Positions 1 through 17,909 are shown, counted from the stretch's first letter. The stretch is 64,000 nucleotides of DNA from Eledone cirrhosa (GCA_964016885.1 OZ024741.1:234360001-234424000); one strand, 5' to 3'. The notes: generated by a model from the sequence alone, not told the origin. Program-made: numbers and translations.

Positions 1-140
1 TACCAGCCTCTGAGCATGATTTTACGAGGTTACCATATTTCGGATGAATATCAATACTTTCACGAGTTCAGAGAATTTGTTGTACAATTCAATACTATAC
101 AAATTTTGTAGGGATTTTGATTCCCTTAACAATCTGAAAT

Positions 141-703
141 TTATTGCTCGAAAATCAGATAATTTCTTCTTAGTCTGAATTTCATGTTTGCTGAAATTGC
201 TCTATGATCAGAAGTTAGTGTTTGAAAAGTAGTTGTATAAGCTTCTGCATAGCAAACAGATCGAATCCCCATCTTTCTACTCAATATGTAATCTACTTGC
301 ACATTAGATCCATTTCGGTAACATGTCCAAAGCTTCCGTTTAGGATTGTGAAAGCGATCGTTTACTGACAGTAGACCAAAACATTCCATAAATCAAAAAG
401 ATGTTCACCATTGCGGTTTGTGAATTCGTGATAGCTATATTGTACCCTGTCTAGACACAAATGTGCATTGAAATCACTAACGATGAAATCTACGTTGTGT
501 GAAGAAATAAGACATACAATGTCTGAGAGATCTTCATAGAAAGTAATGAACTCATTCTCGAGTGAATGATTATGTGGGGAATGGCAGCATATTATGGTAG
601 TTTGGGGATTTCCTGAAAAAGTGTCCACCACAATGCGCGATTGAATAGTCAGGTTGCTCTTGAACGCTACTAGTAACAAGTAACACATTACAACCTGTGA
701 CAC
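141..703 (-). pseudogene. Non-LTR retrotransposon AP-endonuclease fragment (RTE-like), frameshifted
   Basis: Two overlapping ORFs carry APE motifs: HSPHN, SDFNAH, NRNGEHL, WTC...QVDYIL and SDHR. Confidence 0.8.
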
Positions 704-704
704 G

Positions 705-965
705 GTCAGGTCGTCGGCGACTAAACCGGCAACACCACTAAGCTTGCTTGGTGAGGAGGGTGATTTTTGGAAACCCTACGGGATGTAAATAAGACCCATC
801 AAAGGATGGAGTAACTCAGGAAAGTCAACGACCATCTAATATAGTATCTAGAAGGTAACTCTGATATAAAATCCATAAGGGTAGATGGTGCTCATCTGTT
901 GTAGTGAAGACAGTCCGTCTAGGAGAAGAAATCTCTGAAATAAAAAGCGTTCAGCGAGAACTTGC
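705..965 (+). mobile_element. Probable RTE-type 5' UTR remnant
   Basis: GGAAACCCTACGGG...GTCTAGGAGAAGAAATCTCTGA resembles RTE 5' regions (recognised by eye). Confidence 0.35.
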
Positions 966-1424
966 AACCATCAGATACGATTTTTGCACAGAAAAGTCAT
1001 AACATTGCACACTCAAAACGGTAGTGTTAAAGTCCTTAACAATTTTAGATTTCATAAAAGGATAAATCGGTATTCTCATATCTATCTCAAATCCAATTGG
1101 AAAGATGACTATTGATGATAATCCTCTAAAGAAATCTTTTAAAAAATTTTAAATTGCAATAAAACGTTAAGGACTTCCACATGAATGAATTTCTAAACTC
1201 AGCAATAGAGCATAATTTAAATAATGTATGTGTTCGAGAACATAGGTCCATACCTGAGAAACAGATGAAATACCATCAGCTAAACGTAGAGTTCAAACTC
1301 ATTACATAATCGGTTATAGTAAATAACTGTAATGCTGCAGTTAGTGGTGCTGATATAATTGTAAATAAATAAGTGATTTCTTCATTATTGACTGTAGAAA
1401 GTATTTCATCGCGATGAAATACTT

Positions 1425-1471
1425 ACACGCGCGCGCGCGCGCATAAACATACATGCACACACACACGCACG

Positions 1472-1557
<86 letters not shown>

Positions 1558-1590
1558 TATATATGTATGTATATATGTATGTATGTAGAT
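1425..1590. repeat. Compound (CG)n/(CA)n/(TA)n microsatellite
   Basis: Direct reading. Confidence 0.95.
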
Positions 1591-1729
1591 GTAAAGGTTT
1601 GGTCCCGCCTTGATGTGACAATTGAGACCATTGAAATGCGTATAACTAATAAAATGGTTTACAATTCTAGAATATTGTCTTATTCTTCATTCTTATATAC
1701 AGAGGGAGAGAAGAGGGACATACACACAC

Positions 1730-1777
<48 letters not shown>

Positions 1778-1820
1778 TCGTGCGGTCTCCGTATAAGATA
1801 GCTTATTTGTCTTATTACAT

Positions 1821-2700
1821 AGGTGTTTGATCCAGACCTCCAAATGGACAAAAGCTGGGACGCGGTAACCAGCAGGGTGACCACTCTCATCCAGAAATGG
1901 GCCGAGAGAAAGCTATCTCTGAAAGGTCCGGCAGAGGTGGCGAACACATACAAGCTGTCTGTCATCTACTACTGACCGTCGTGCCTTGTCCTGGTCCAAG
2001 TCTGACCGCACAGAAGCGTTTGCTCTTTCGCTTTTTGAGGAAGGGATGCGTGCCAATGATCAAGCGATCAATTTTCTGCTACCACCCGCTGAGTGGAGGA
2101 CTTCGCATGCCGTGGCTAATCATGTGCTCAGACTATGTCATCTACAGCTTTACCTCGATGGTGAACAGGACGCAGTTTTCCATAGCTCGTCTCCTTAGCA
2201 CAGCTGTCGTCCAGGGTCAAACGAATACCAAGAGAAAGCGTTTAGAAATTGGAATGTCTCCAGGCGTTCACAGTCTTCAGCCAATCGGGCAGGGTGATCG
2301 GTGCAAACTCCACCTTAGCTTTCTATAGAAGTTTAGTGGCGGGTAAAAATGACGACGTTCTTGGAGAGACTGAAGGCGTCGACAAAAATCAACTAACCAT
2401 TCATTTCCAGAGGACTTTCAGTCCAGGGCCCATGGATATCTTCAAGAAATCCCTGGCTTGGCAGTGCTACCGAGGAGCTTTGCCAGTTCGAGATAAACTC
2501 TACAGGCGTGGAAGTGCCGTCGGTCGGGTCTGTCCGAGATGCACACGGTGAAGAAACCTTCCTGCACGCACTCGTCAAGTGTCCAAGCATTGCTGACTTG
2601 TGGCTTTATGTTGACACCTGTTGTCATGCGTGGGTTGGATCCACCTGTCAACTGCGTTCATTGTGAAGATTGCCCCATCACCTTCTTTTGGGTGGGATAG
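1821..2700 (+). pseudogene. L1/Tx1-clade LINE ORF2 fragment (post-RT region and zf-RVT), disrupted
   Basis: KWAERKLSLKG, PLSGGLRMP, LAWQCYRGALPVRDKL...CPRC; stops and frameshifts. Confidence 0.8.
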
Positions 2701-2845
2701 TACAGGGTAGATGTACATGTCCACCGGCATATCACAATGATTGCATAACTGCGCCTATGATTGTGTAAATATCTGACGACGTCACATGAATAACCATGTA
2801 ACAGAAATATATATAATGCAATTGTGGTGAATTAATCCCGTCTTG

Positions 2846-3031
2846 TGGATTGGCAGTATCGGTAGAGGGTCGGACGCCATGCTTTCCAGCATAGTTACGT
2901 CCCTTTACGATCTGAGTTCAAATCCCGCCGAGGTTGACTTTGGCCTTTCATCCTTACGGGGTCGATAAAATAAAGTACCAGTAATGCACTGCGTAATTGC
3001 TGGCCTTGTGCCTAAAGTAGAAACAATTATT
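2846..3031 (+). mobile_element. tRNA-derived SINE with Nin/Deu-like central domain, full length
   Basis: A box TGGCAGTATCGG, B box GAGTTCAAATCC, core GCCTTTCATCCTTACGGGGTCGATAAAATAAAGTACCAG, ATT tail. Confidence 0.85.
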
Positions 3032-3035
3032 TGAT

Positions 3036-3148
3036 AAATCCCGCCGAGGTTAACTTTGCCTTTCATCCCTACGGGGTCGATAAAATAAAGTACCAGTAAT
3101 ACACTGGGATAATTGCTGGCCTTGTGCCAAAAGTAGAAACAATTATTT
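3036..3148 (+). mobile_element. Tandem duplicate of the 3' part of the preceding SINE
   Basis: Near-identical to about 2920-3031; both copies are followed by TTGATAAAT. Confidence 0.85.
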
Positions 3149-3449
3149 GATAAATGAATACTCCGTCACTCATAATGACCTACCTGGAATAACCTACTGA
3201 TGTGAAGTGCTTTAGATCGCTACGAACAACTTATCCTCAAGAAGGTACAACGTAACAACTAAGACACACTCTTCTACAATATATATATGAGTGTGTGTGT
3301 GTGTATTACGTAATTCCAAAGGAAAGGCAAAGGAAAAAGGAGTGCTCTATGTATAGAACAGAGCTATTTAATTAGAAACCTTTGATAATAGAGTAGTTAT
3401 ATTTTGTGTTGTTCACTTTCTAATTATATATATATATATGTGTGTCTGT

Positions 3450-3498
<49 letters not shown>

Positions 3499-3978
3499 GA
3501 TTGAGGGAGACGAGGCTGTGTTAGAAAGTAAGGCGACACAAACAAGAGATGGACAGTTCCCTTCATCAGTTGTTTAGTACGGATCACGGATGTTTCGGCG
3601 CATTATAGACAATACATCTATCCGTAGCGCGCCCATAGCCTTTTATCTATCAAAAAGCCACGAGGGAAAGAAGCAATGGCGAAGAGAGAGAAAGAAAGAA
3701 AAAAAGAGAGAAAAAAAATGAAGAAAAAAAAGTAAACATACCGATAGAAGGTATGTAAGTGAGTAACCGAGAAGAAATAAAACCAAATTTAAAAAAGCCG
3801 GTGGGTTTAAGCCCAGGGGCCATAATAACAGTACTATAGCAAGCGTTAAAACTAATATATTTCTTCATTGTACTGTTTGCTCTTATTGTTTCCGTTTACC
3901 TTTTGCACACATGCATATATATACGGTGCCCCAGCATGGCCTCAGCCGGATGACTGAAACAGGTAAAAGAGTAAAAGA

Positions 3979-4054
<76 letters not shown>

Positions 4055-4058
<4 letters not shown>

Positions 4059-5046
4059 ATGATAATAATAATAATTTCGTTTATTAGCCACAAGGGCCGA
4101 CATGTAGGGGACAATACAAAGACAGGGACATTGGGGGTTTACAATAAGGTCGAGTAAAAGTGCACAATGGCAAGACTAATTTAACAATGAAGATATAAAA
4201 ATATAAAATAAACTATGCATAAATATAACAAAATAAATTCCCCTGTAGGAGGCGGACGACCCAGGTCTGACTCAGGTACCCCACCAATCCTGAAACAACC
4301 TGCGCTTCTAGGTCACCCAGGGAGAGCACCCCTCTCCTCAAGTTAGCTAGCCTATAGGCGCATGGCCATTCTCGCCACATTCATCCACCTTTTAGCAAAT
4401 GTACTGGGGGGCAGCACTTCTCTCTCCACCCTCACCTTCCTTTCCAGGTGAAATTTGAAGAAGTTGATGAGGGATTGGCCGAACAGAAAAGTGTCTGTCT
4501 TCAGTCCGTTTAATCTGGTCCACTTTCGCAACGGCCACCAGACAGAGGAAAATTGCCTGCTCTTCATGACCTAAGGAAGGCGCCGGGTCGATCTTCACTA
4601 TGGACTCGGCCGATAGCTGGATCCGTTCTACACGCGACAGTAGCTGTTCGACATAATTCCACAAGTCAGTAATGCACGCACATTGGACAAGTGCTTGCAG
4701 GACGATTTCGTCGCTCTGTGCGCATCTTGGGCAGGTCCATCTGACAGCACTTCCGTGCCTGTAGAGTTTATCCCGAACCGGCAGTGCCCCCCGGTAGCAC
4801 TGCCAAGCGAGGGATTTCTGGAAATTGTCCATCGTCCCCGGCTCGAAAGTCCTCCAGTACAGACTGGTCAGTTCGACTTCGTCGAGGCGCAAAGCTTCTC
4901 CGAGTGCGTCATCACACTTGCCCACCACTAATCCTCTATTGAACTCGAGAGTGGAAGTTCCACTGATCGCATTGCCCGCTTGGTAGAGGGCAGTGAGTGC
5001 CTGGCAACATTCCAGGTGCCAGTCACCCAGTCTCGGTCTCTTCTTG
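4055..5046 (-). pseudogene. L1/Tx1-clade LINE 3' fragment with 3' UTR, AATAAA and (ATT)n tail
   Basis: Paralogous to 1821-2700 (SLAWQCYRGALPVRDKLYRHGSAV..CPRC); ends GGCCCTTGTGGCTAATAAACGAAATTATTATT. Confidence 0.85.
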
Positions 5047-5242
5047 ATAATAATAATAATTGTTTCTACTTTTGGCACAAGGCCAGCAATTATCCCAGTG
5101 TATTACTGGTACTATATTTTATCGACCCCATAAGGATGAAAGGCAAAGTTAACCTCGGCGGGATTTGAACTCAGAATGGCAAGGGCCGTAACTCTATGCG
5201 TTGAAGCATGGCGTCCGACCCTCTACCGATACTGCCAATCCA
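5047..5242 (-). mobile_element. Nin-domain tRNA SINE, full length
   Basis: Reverse complement of the 2846-3031 family. Confidence 0.9.
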
Positions 5243-5745
5243 CATAATAAGCCAGAGTCGGTGATAGAAAACGATCAGGTGAAGGTGCTATGGGATTTTA
5301 GGATACAGACGGACAAGAAATTAGAACACAATAGGCCTGACCTGGTGGTTTTGGACAAGGAAAAAAGATCGTGCCTGATTGTAGATGAAGCCTGCCCATT
5401 TTGACACGAGAGTGCAAGAAAAGGAGAGGGAGAAAATTAACCGATACCAGGATTTAAAGTGGGAGTTAAAAAGGATTTGGAACTGCCATGAAATCAAGGT
5501 TGTCCCGATTGTCATAGGCCCACTAGGTACTATCGCAAAGAGTTTCCAAGGATGGTTAAAGAAGATTAGTCCAGCCCCGCTTTTTGGAACACTTCAAAAG
5601 GCATGCTTGCTGGGAACAGCAAGAACCCTCCGATACGTCCTAAATATCTGAGGCTGCAGGTAGTGGCTGGATATTCATTTCAACAAACTTTCCAGGTAAA
5701 TAACATCAAGGACTGAGACTCAAAGAACAATAATAAAAATAATAA
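5243..5745 (+). pseudogene. R4/Dong-clade retrotransposon 3' end (restriction-like endonuclease), one frameshift near 5400
   Basis: LWDFRIQTD..HNRPDLVV..D.ACPF/D...EKINRY..L...VVPIVIG.LG...LQKACLLGTA; (AAT)n tail. Confidence 0.85.
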
Positions 5746-5926
5746 TAATTGTTTCTACTTTTTGCACAAGGCCAGCAATTAACCCAGTGTATTACTGGTA
5801 CTTTATTTTATCGACCCCGTAAGGATAAAAGGCAAAGTTAACCTTGGCGGGATTTGAACTCAGAATGGCAAGGGCCGTAACTCTATGCGTCAAAGCATGG
5901 CGTCCGACCCTCTACCGATACTGCCC
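5746..5926 (-). mobile_element. Nin-domain tRNA SINE, full length
   Basis: Near-identical to 5047-5242. Confidence 0.9.
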
Positions 5927-6449
5927 ATCTAAGGAGGATTAGTTATGTTTTCATTGATGCGCGTTTCGCTATTGACAGCTCAAGGTTCGATCTGGATCGA
6001 TCTGGCCCGACTCTGGAATCAAAAGCTCGTCGAGCCTCTGCTGTGGTAATGACAGAATAGAAATTATGCATCGAGTGCTCACTCGGGTGAACCTACATTA
6101 ACTGCACGTTACATTCCCTAGATATATATAAATATATATGTGTGTGTGTGTGTGGGGGGGGGGTAATTTCCTTTCGTTTATCTATCGTTTCTGCCCCTTT
6201 TTGGCTCTCATCCCACTATCTTCCTATCTTCCCTGCTCTTTCTTTTTCTCATTTACTCTTTATTCTCACACTCTCTCTTTATTCATCGTTTATTTTCTCA
6301 CCCCTTGTGAACTTCTCACATTTTTCCTCTCTTCCGCTGTATCATTCCCCTCCTCTTTTTCATACTCCCCCTACAACTATTTTATTGATTTATTTAATTT
6401 TTCATTTTTAAAATCAGTTTTAAGTTTTCGTGGTCTAGTCAGAAAATGC

Positions 6450-9300
<2,851 letters not shown>

Positions 9301-9303
9301 ACA

Positions 9304-9402
9304 CAGGGTGTCAAAAAAAAATGTTCACACTCCAACAGCATACTAATCAAAGTGTGTATATATATATTTTTTTTTTTGGGGGGGGGGGGGGGGGACACCT
9401 TT
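9304..9402. mobile_element. Tc1/mariner-type MITE (about 100 bp)
   Basis: TIR CAGGGTGTC...GACACC in TA-repeat context; related copies at 10448, 10528 and 16162. Confidence 0.65.
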
Positions 9403-9789
9403 TATATATATGTATATATATGTGTTTATGTATGTATATATATGTATTTGCAGTGGGTGCATGCAAGTGTATATAGTTTAAGAGAGAGAAAGACAGTTGT
9501 AATGAATGCAAGAAGGTAGCAGTGTTGGGAGAAAAAGATTTTCTCTCTAATCTTCCTTCACAACTTTATCCAAGTCAACTGCGTACTGTTTTGTATGTTG
9601 TTCGGTCTCTTAAATTTGTCTCGTCCACCAACATTATATATATATATATATTCATTTTATTAAGGCAAAATAGTGAATCTTGTTACGAACCTCAAGAGTA
9701 ACAAGACTCTTTAACCTTACTAAAATAAATATCTAAATTCTTCTTCAGAATTGAGTACTCTTTTCTTTTGACCCCCAATATACATGCGG

Positions 9790-9820
<31 letters not shown>

Positions 9821-10409
9821 CACGAGAGTGTGTATTTATAAATGTATATTTTATATACGAATTTAACACTTCTAATCTAATCCTGTAGAAGTGATATTTC
9901 TATTTATAATAAAGATGCCTATACTCCACCAACGTATTTTGAACTGTGGTTACCTCACGACACAGCTCGGGAACATATATATTAGTTTTATATGCATATA
10001 TTTTTACATATATGGACTGTTGTGCTCTTCTATCCGTGCGCCGCGTCCGTTTTCATACATATAGACATACACAGGTACAATGATAGTTACGTTTATCTAT
10101 ATATATTATTTGTGCACCTTTATATGGATATGGTATATTTCTACAACTTATAAACCTTTCCATATATATGGAAAGGTCTATATTATATATATAGTATTCT
10201 TTTTCTTAATTCAGTCTTCTGGACAGAGACGGCAGAGGCACAGACACTATTCACGCAATATATACCCAATTCTATTCGTAGCCCTCAGTACTTTGTAAAC
10301 ATTACACACACTTGCGCTCACACATGATATGTGAGTACTGATATATTTATATATACATCAGAATATATAAACAGTTGTTTCACATCACTCACGAACACAT
10401 ATACATCTA

Positions 10410-10443
<34 letters not shown>

Positions 10444-10447
10444 CACA

Positions 10448-10627
10448 CAGGTTGTCCCCCAAAAATGTATACACACTTTGATTAGAATGAAGTGTCTATA
10501 CATTTTTGTGGGTACTCTATATATATACAGGGCGTTCCAAAAAATGTATACATACTTTGATTACCTGTACAGACAACATTTATTAGAATGCTGTTGAAGT
10601 ATGTATACATTTTTGGGGCACACTCTG
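10448..10627. mobile_element. Two adjacent Tc1/mariner-type MITEs (10448-10519, 10528-10627)
   Basis: TIRs like CAGGGTGTCCCCAAAAATGTATACACACTT, separated by a (TA)n spacer. Confidence 0.7.
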
Positions 10628-11092
10628 TATATATATAGAAAGCTAATCATAGTTATTTCTATATTTCATATGCCTGTCACCCACCTCGTGGATTGTCTCT
10701 CTGCCGGCCGCTGGTCTCAGACATTTTTGCCCATCGGTGTCATTGGCAGTATTTGGCTTGTTTTAACAGCTGTTTTAGTGATGAGTTTTCTTATTTTTCT
10801 ATGAATTCAAATATACATTCGCTTCGTCTCGATCTGAGAGACAACAATGTTTATTCATATAATGTTAAGTTACTGATATATATATATTAGTACAACTATA
10901 CATATATATGCATGTATATATAGTTCAAGATAAAAAAAAGACAGAGATACTATTACACAAAGTCTTATTAGTTTCACGATTGTTGGAAAAGGAAATAGAA
11001 TGTCTCAACGTATCGGACGTTTGTCTTTCCTCGGGAAGAGTAAAGCTAGGGGGAAATGGAGGATGAAATTTAAAGACAAAAAAGAAAATTTG

Positions 11093-11147
<55 letters not shown>

Positions 11148-11899
11148 CATATACTGTACCGATGGTGTTGTTATTTCTGTTTACCTTTTACATATATATA
11201 TATATATATTAGAAAGAGTTGGTGGCCGACGGCTGAGCTCTTGTGACAGCTAATTTCGGAATTAGTTGTCGAAATGAAATGGCAAGAGCTCACCCGTTAG
11301 GCACCGACTCTTCAAACTGTCACACTCTACTACCCCAAATATCGAGTACTCTACTGAATAATGGTCTTACTAGTTTAAAACTGGTTCAATCCTGATATAT
11401 ACATAGAGGGGGACGAGATATACACACATTATATATATATGTGTGTGTGTGTCTGTGTGTGGAGGGGGTATAAAGTGTTTGAGACCGATGTACAGTGAAG
11501 CACACAAAAATCCATTCTGTTCTGGTGCCCGAAAGTATGTATGCTTCCCAGTGGCTTCTATATAGTTCTGACACACCGTTCGCTGTGGAAAACGTTTAGT
11601 GTGTGCGTTTGTACAGAGATCTTTCTCTCTCTCTCTCTCTCTTCCTATATATATAGTGTATTTATATATGTATATACATATATAAAAAGTATGTGTACGT
11701 CTATACCGTGTGTGTAGTGAGTTAATGTCCATTACACAGTTAACTGTCACACACACATATATATATATGTATATATACATATGTGTGTGTTCGTTGAATA
11801 GTGCCATTGGCAAGGTGCTTCTTATGGCACTAGAGCTGATGGTGGAACAACTTAACAGGAATTCAGGTTGTCTGACCTACTGACGTATGTAGCTATGTA

Positions 11900-14246
<2,347 letters not shown>

Positions 14247-14708
14247 CTTGTGTCTGTCATTCTAACTATGCTCTCTATGAATATATATATCTGTTTCTAT
14301 GTCTCTTTATACTTCTAATATATTTATCTGTCTATCATTAATTTTATTTTATGTCCTATAAATGAGTGTGCATATATATATTTATTTATATGAAATACCT
14401 GTTCTACTCTATCATTCTTTGTCTATGACTACTTCTATCTCTAAACTATAAATTCCTGCCTTTATTGATTTTAATATAAAAGCTTAGCAAAAAGTTCTCG
14501 CTCACAAATTAACGCAAGCCGGGTCGGAACCAACACACACACACATACATTTACACGTACATTCACCTCTCTGTGTTTACATTATCAATGTTTCATTCGC
14601 GTATGTCTGTGCTTGTATGTGTGTATATGTCAGTGTGTGTTTCTTCAAGGGCCATTACTCTCTAGATCCTGTTAATTCTTTATCTCATTACAAGATAGTA
14701 TATGTACA

Positions 14709-14908
14709 NNNNNNNNNNNNNNNNNNNNNNNNNNNNNNNNNNNNNNNNNNNNNNNNNNNNNNNNNNNNNNNNNNNNNNNNNNNNNNNNNNNNNNNNNNNN
14801 NNNNNNNNNNNNNNNNNNNNNNNNNNNNNNNNNNNNNNNNNNNNNNNNNNNNNNNNNNNNNNNNNNNNNNNNNNNNNNNNNNNNNNNNNNNNNNNNNNNN
14901 NNNNNNNN
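14709..14908. other. Assembly gap (200 N)
   Basis: Run of N. Confidence 1.
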
Positions 14909-15242
14909 TATATGTACATTTATATTTCGTTTATCTTTCGATAATATTTTTGTAATTTATATATATATATATATATATCATATAATGTCGTTGATATGTA
15001 ATATATCCGGCTCAGTTTCTATCATGGAATATTTCCACTGTTATGTATGCCATTCATATAAGTACCCATCACGATCTATTGTAAGTACATTACAAACATG
15101 GCTTGTAGTGGTCTAATGCTCTACCAAACTCCGTTCAAAGCTGGTACTAGGCTGAAGCTAGATGTGAAATGTAGACACCATTTCAAACTACTAATCAAGT
15201 ATTAAATACATATGGTTTATGTATAGGTTAGGTGTGTGTATG

Positions 15243-15742
15243 TATAATCAAATATATAAATAGAAAAATTAGCTTTTAAATCATTTTTAATTCCTTACAC
15301 ATGTTTCAAGAGAGTTATACATCAAATTATTCGTATAATCAAGATCTATACATACAAAATGATACACAGATATATCTATACATACAAAATGATATACAGG
15401 TATAGTTTGTACTTCTCCATCTTCAGAAGATAGTTAAAAACTGTATTAAATTTTTACCGTATTAAATCCTCTGAACATGTAGAAGTACAAATTATATCTA
15501 TATATCATTTTAAATAATAATAATAATAATAATAATAATTGTTTCTACATTTGGCACAAGGCCAGCAATAACTCAGTACATTACTGGTACTTTATTTTAT
15601 CGACCCGGTAAGGATGAAAGGCAAAGTTAACCGAATTTTCACGTAACATTCTTCGAATTTGATGTATCAACTCTCTTGAAACATGTGTAAGGAATCAAAA
15701 ATGATTTAAAAGCTAATTTTTCCACCCATATATTTGATTATA
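15243..15742. mobile_element. AT-rich foldback element interrupted by a partial SINE
   Basis: 15243-15328 is the reverse complement of 15656-15742; inner arms about 15386-15431 and 15466-15511. Confidence 0.75.
15515..15632 (-). mobile_element. 5'-truncated Nin-domain SINE with (ATT)n tail
   Basis: Family match. Confidence 0.85.
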
Positions 15743-15944
15743 TTTGCTGTGTTTATGTCTGTCTTTCCAACTTTTTCCTTTTAAAAGAATCTACCTTTTC
15801 TTCGGACGAATAATATCAAAACACATTGAGCTAATTCTGAAACTACTTGGCAACTACATACTATCATATGTAATTCTCTGGATACATTTTAGCTTTGTAT
15901 ATATATTTTTACCTTTGCTATATATATATGTGTGTGTGTGTGTA

Positions 15945-16105
15945 AAAGGTAAACAGAAATAATCGGTACAGTATATGGAAAGGAATATATTAGGTTAACG
16001 CTTGAAATAGCAGGCAGAGGGTCTTAACGTTTCGGACACTAGTCCTTCATTAGAAGAAAATGAGAAATTAGAAAGATTGAAGGGACGGGCAGGGCGGAAT
16101 CGGAA
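15945..16105 (-). mobile_element. Short Penelope-like/retrozyme-like element with minimal hammerhead motif (16022-16057)
   Basis: Minus strand reads TCTT-CTAATGA-A-GGAC-TAGT-GTCC-GAAAC-GTT-AAGA (one core substitution). Confidence 0.65.
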
Positions 16106-16161
16106 TGTGTGTGTGTGTGTATATATATATTTATATATATATATATAATCATTTATATATA

Positions 16162-16252
16162 CAAGGTGTCTGTCCCCAAAAATGTATACACTTCAACAGC
16201 ATTCTAATCAAAGTGTGTGTGTATATATTTTTTTTATGGGGGGCACACCCTG
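16162..16252. mobile_element. Tc1/mariner-type MITE
   Basis: Same TIR family, flanked by TA on both sides. Confidence 0.7.
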
Positions 16253-17909
16253 TATATACATTTACATATGTAGTGTACATGGTTACAGTGAATCCTTTCA
16301 TTAAACCATACTAATAATCGCGAAATGGTATTCATTTTAATCGATTGACCAAATTAACTTATAGTTGAGATATTGTATCTCAACTACAAGTTAACTTGAT
16401 GTTACTATTCATCATGGGCAGTATATATATATAAGATATTGCAAATATCTTATATATGTACTGCCCAATATTAAAAATGCTGTAAACATCATTATAAAAC
16501 ATATATATATTATAAAATTAGTCAACGTTACTGTATATAAGAATAAAAAACTTAATACTATAAATTGTTAATTTCATTTACCTGTAATCAATGACATATG
16601 AGCTTGATGTACTGCAGGTGAGGTTGAAGTTTCCCTCCCTTCATAGAGGTCTTAGGTGACTGAGGAGGAACTGCATCAATAGTAGATGGATCATCAACAT
16701 CATCAGCAAGGTTAACAGATGCAGCAGGGTTGGAATGAATTGGTTTCATGAATGTGTCGAATTTAAGTTGGTTACCTTTCTGATATTGTTTCTGTATAAT
16801 GTTCTCCCTAAGACTCTTAAGATGCTGGTAATCAACATCATCATCACTGTTTTACGTCTGCTTTTCCATGCTTGCATGAGTTGGACACATTCTTTCAGTA
16901 CACTCTACACTCATTATGGTCCTTCACAATCTCTTCTTTGAGCTTCAATGATTAGAGATCAGCTCTCAATATTTCTCCTCAGGTCTTCCTTGGTCACCTA
17001 CTACAGCTTCTTTCCACTGGGATTTCTTGGAACTTCTTCACCCAGTATTGCTGAATATCAGTTACTGAAGTTTATGCTCATCTTAGTGGGCAGGTGTGTT
17101 GTTCAAAATTAGTAGCACCTTCACCTCATAAATAATTATTTTGAGGAAATCCTTCTGGTATTTACAAACTGTAAGAATGAAATGTGACAAAACTAGCCAT
17201 TAAGATATGTATGTTGAACCAGAATTTATTGGAGTGATGATAATGTACTGGTAACTGGAACATTATGTCTTTGAAAATTAGTGAACGTGCTGACTTTAGT
17301 ACTACTACTAAACTGACTTTAAAAGATGCATACCATCTGCATTCACAGAATACATTGCTGGAAAATGTTCCCGACTCCTTGCTTGTGTCAATGACACAAC
17401 CTCCCCCATGCTGGTACACTATAAAATGCTCCCACCCAAACTTTGCTAAGAGGAAAACAGGTGTTACATGGTGATGGTGGTGATGGTGTGTACTAGTAAA
17501 ATGTTGCTCACCTTTAGCCTATATTTTTGTCACCCTCCCATCATCTGCCCAGTATGTATCATGATATTAGTTGTGCTGTCTCAGATCAACTACCACAATA
17601 TTTCATAACAAGGGACAGAAAAATCATTATGATCTATGATTATATTACTGAGTGAGCTAAATATTTATGTAAATTTACCATCCTTTGGGTTACACATCCA
17701 GAATATAGGCCCTTACAACACAATACTAATACCCAGAGATGACAGTAGAAAGAAGTCAATGCTCCTTTAACTCGACTCTGTCTTAAGAAGGCCCAATTTA
17801 ATGAGAGTTCACTGTAACAAAACAATAATAGAACTGTAATTTGGGCAGGGTGGGCTCTTTCAAAATTATAGGCCCTTGCTACCCAGCATCATCTGTTCTG
17901 GCCTGGCTG

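Noticed and set aside
2846-2930. tRNA-like A/B boxes (also at 23355-23422 and 26375-26430)
   Set aside because: SINE heads continuous with SINE bodies; no convincing cloverleaf
3553-3602. Minus-strand GAAAC...CTGATGA as a type II hammerhead
   Set aside because: Could not form stem I or stem II convincingly
14617-14955. ORFs spanning the N run
   Set aside because: Artefact of the gap
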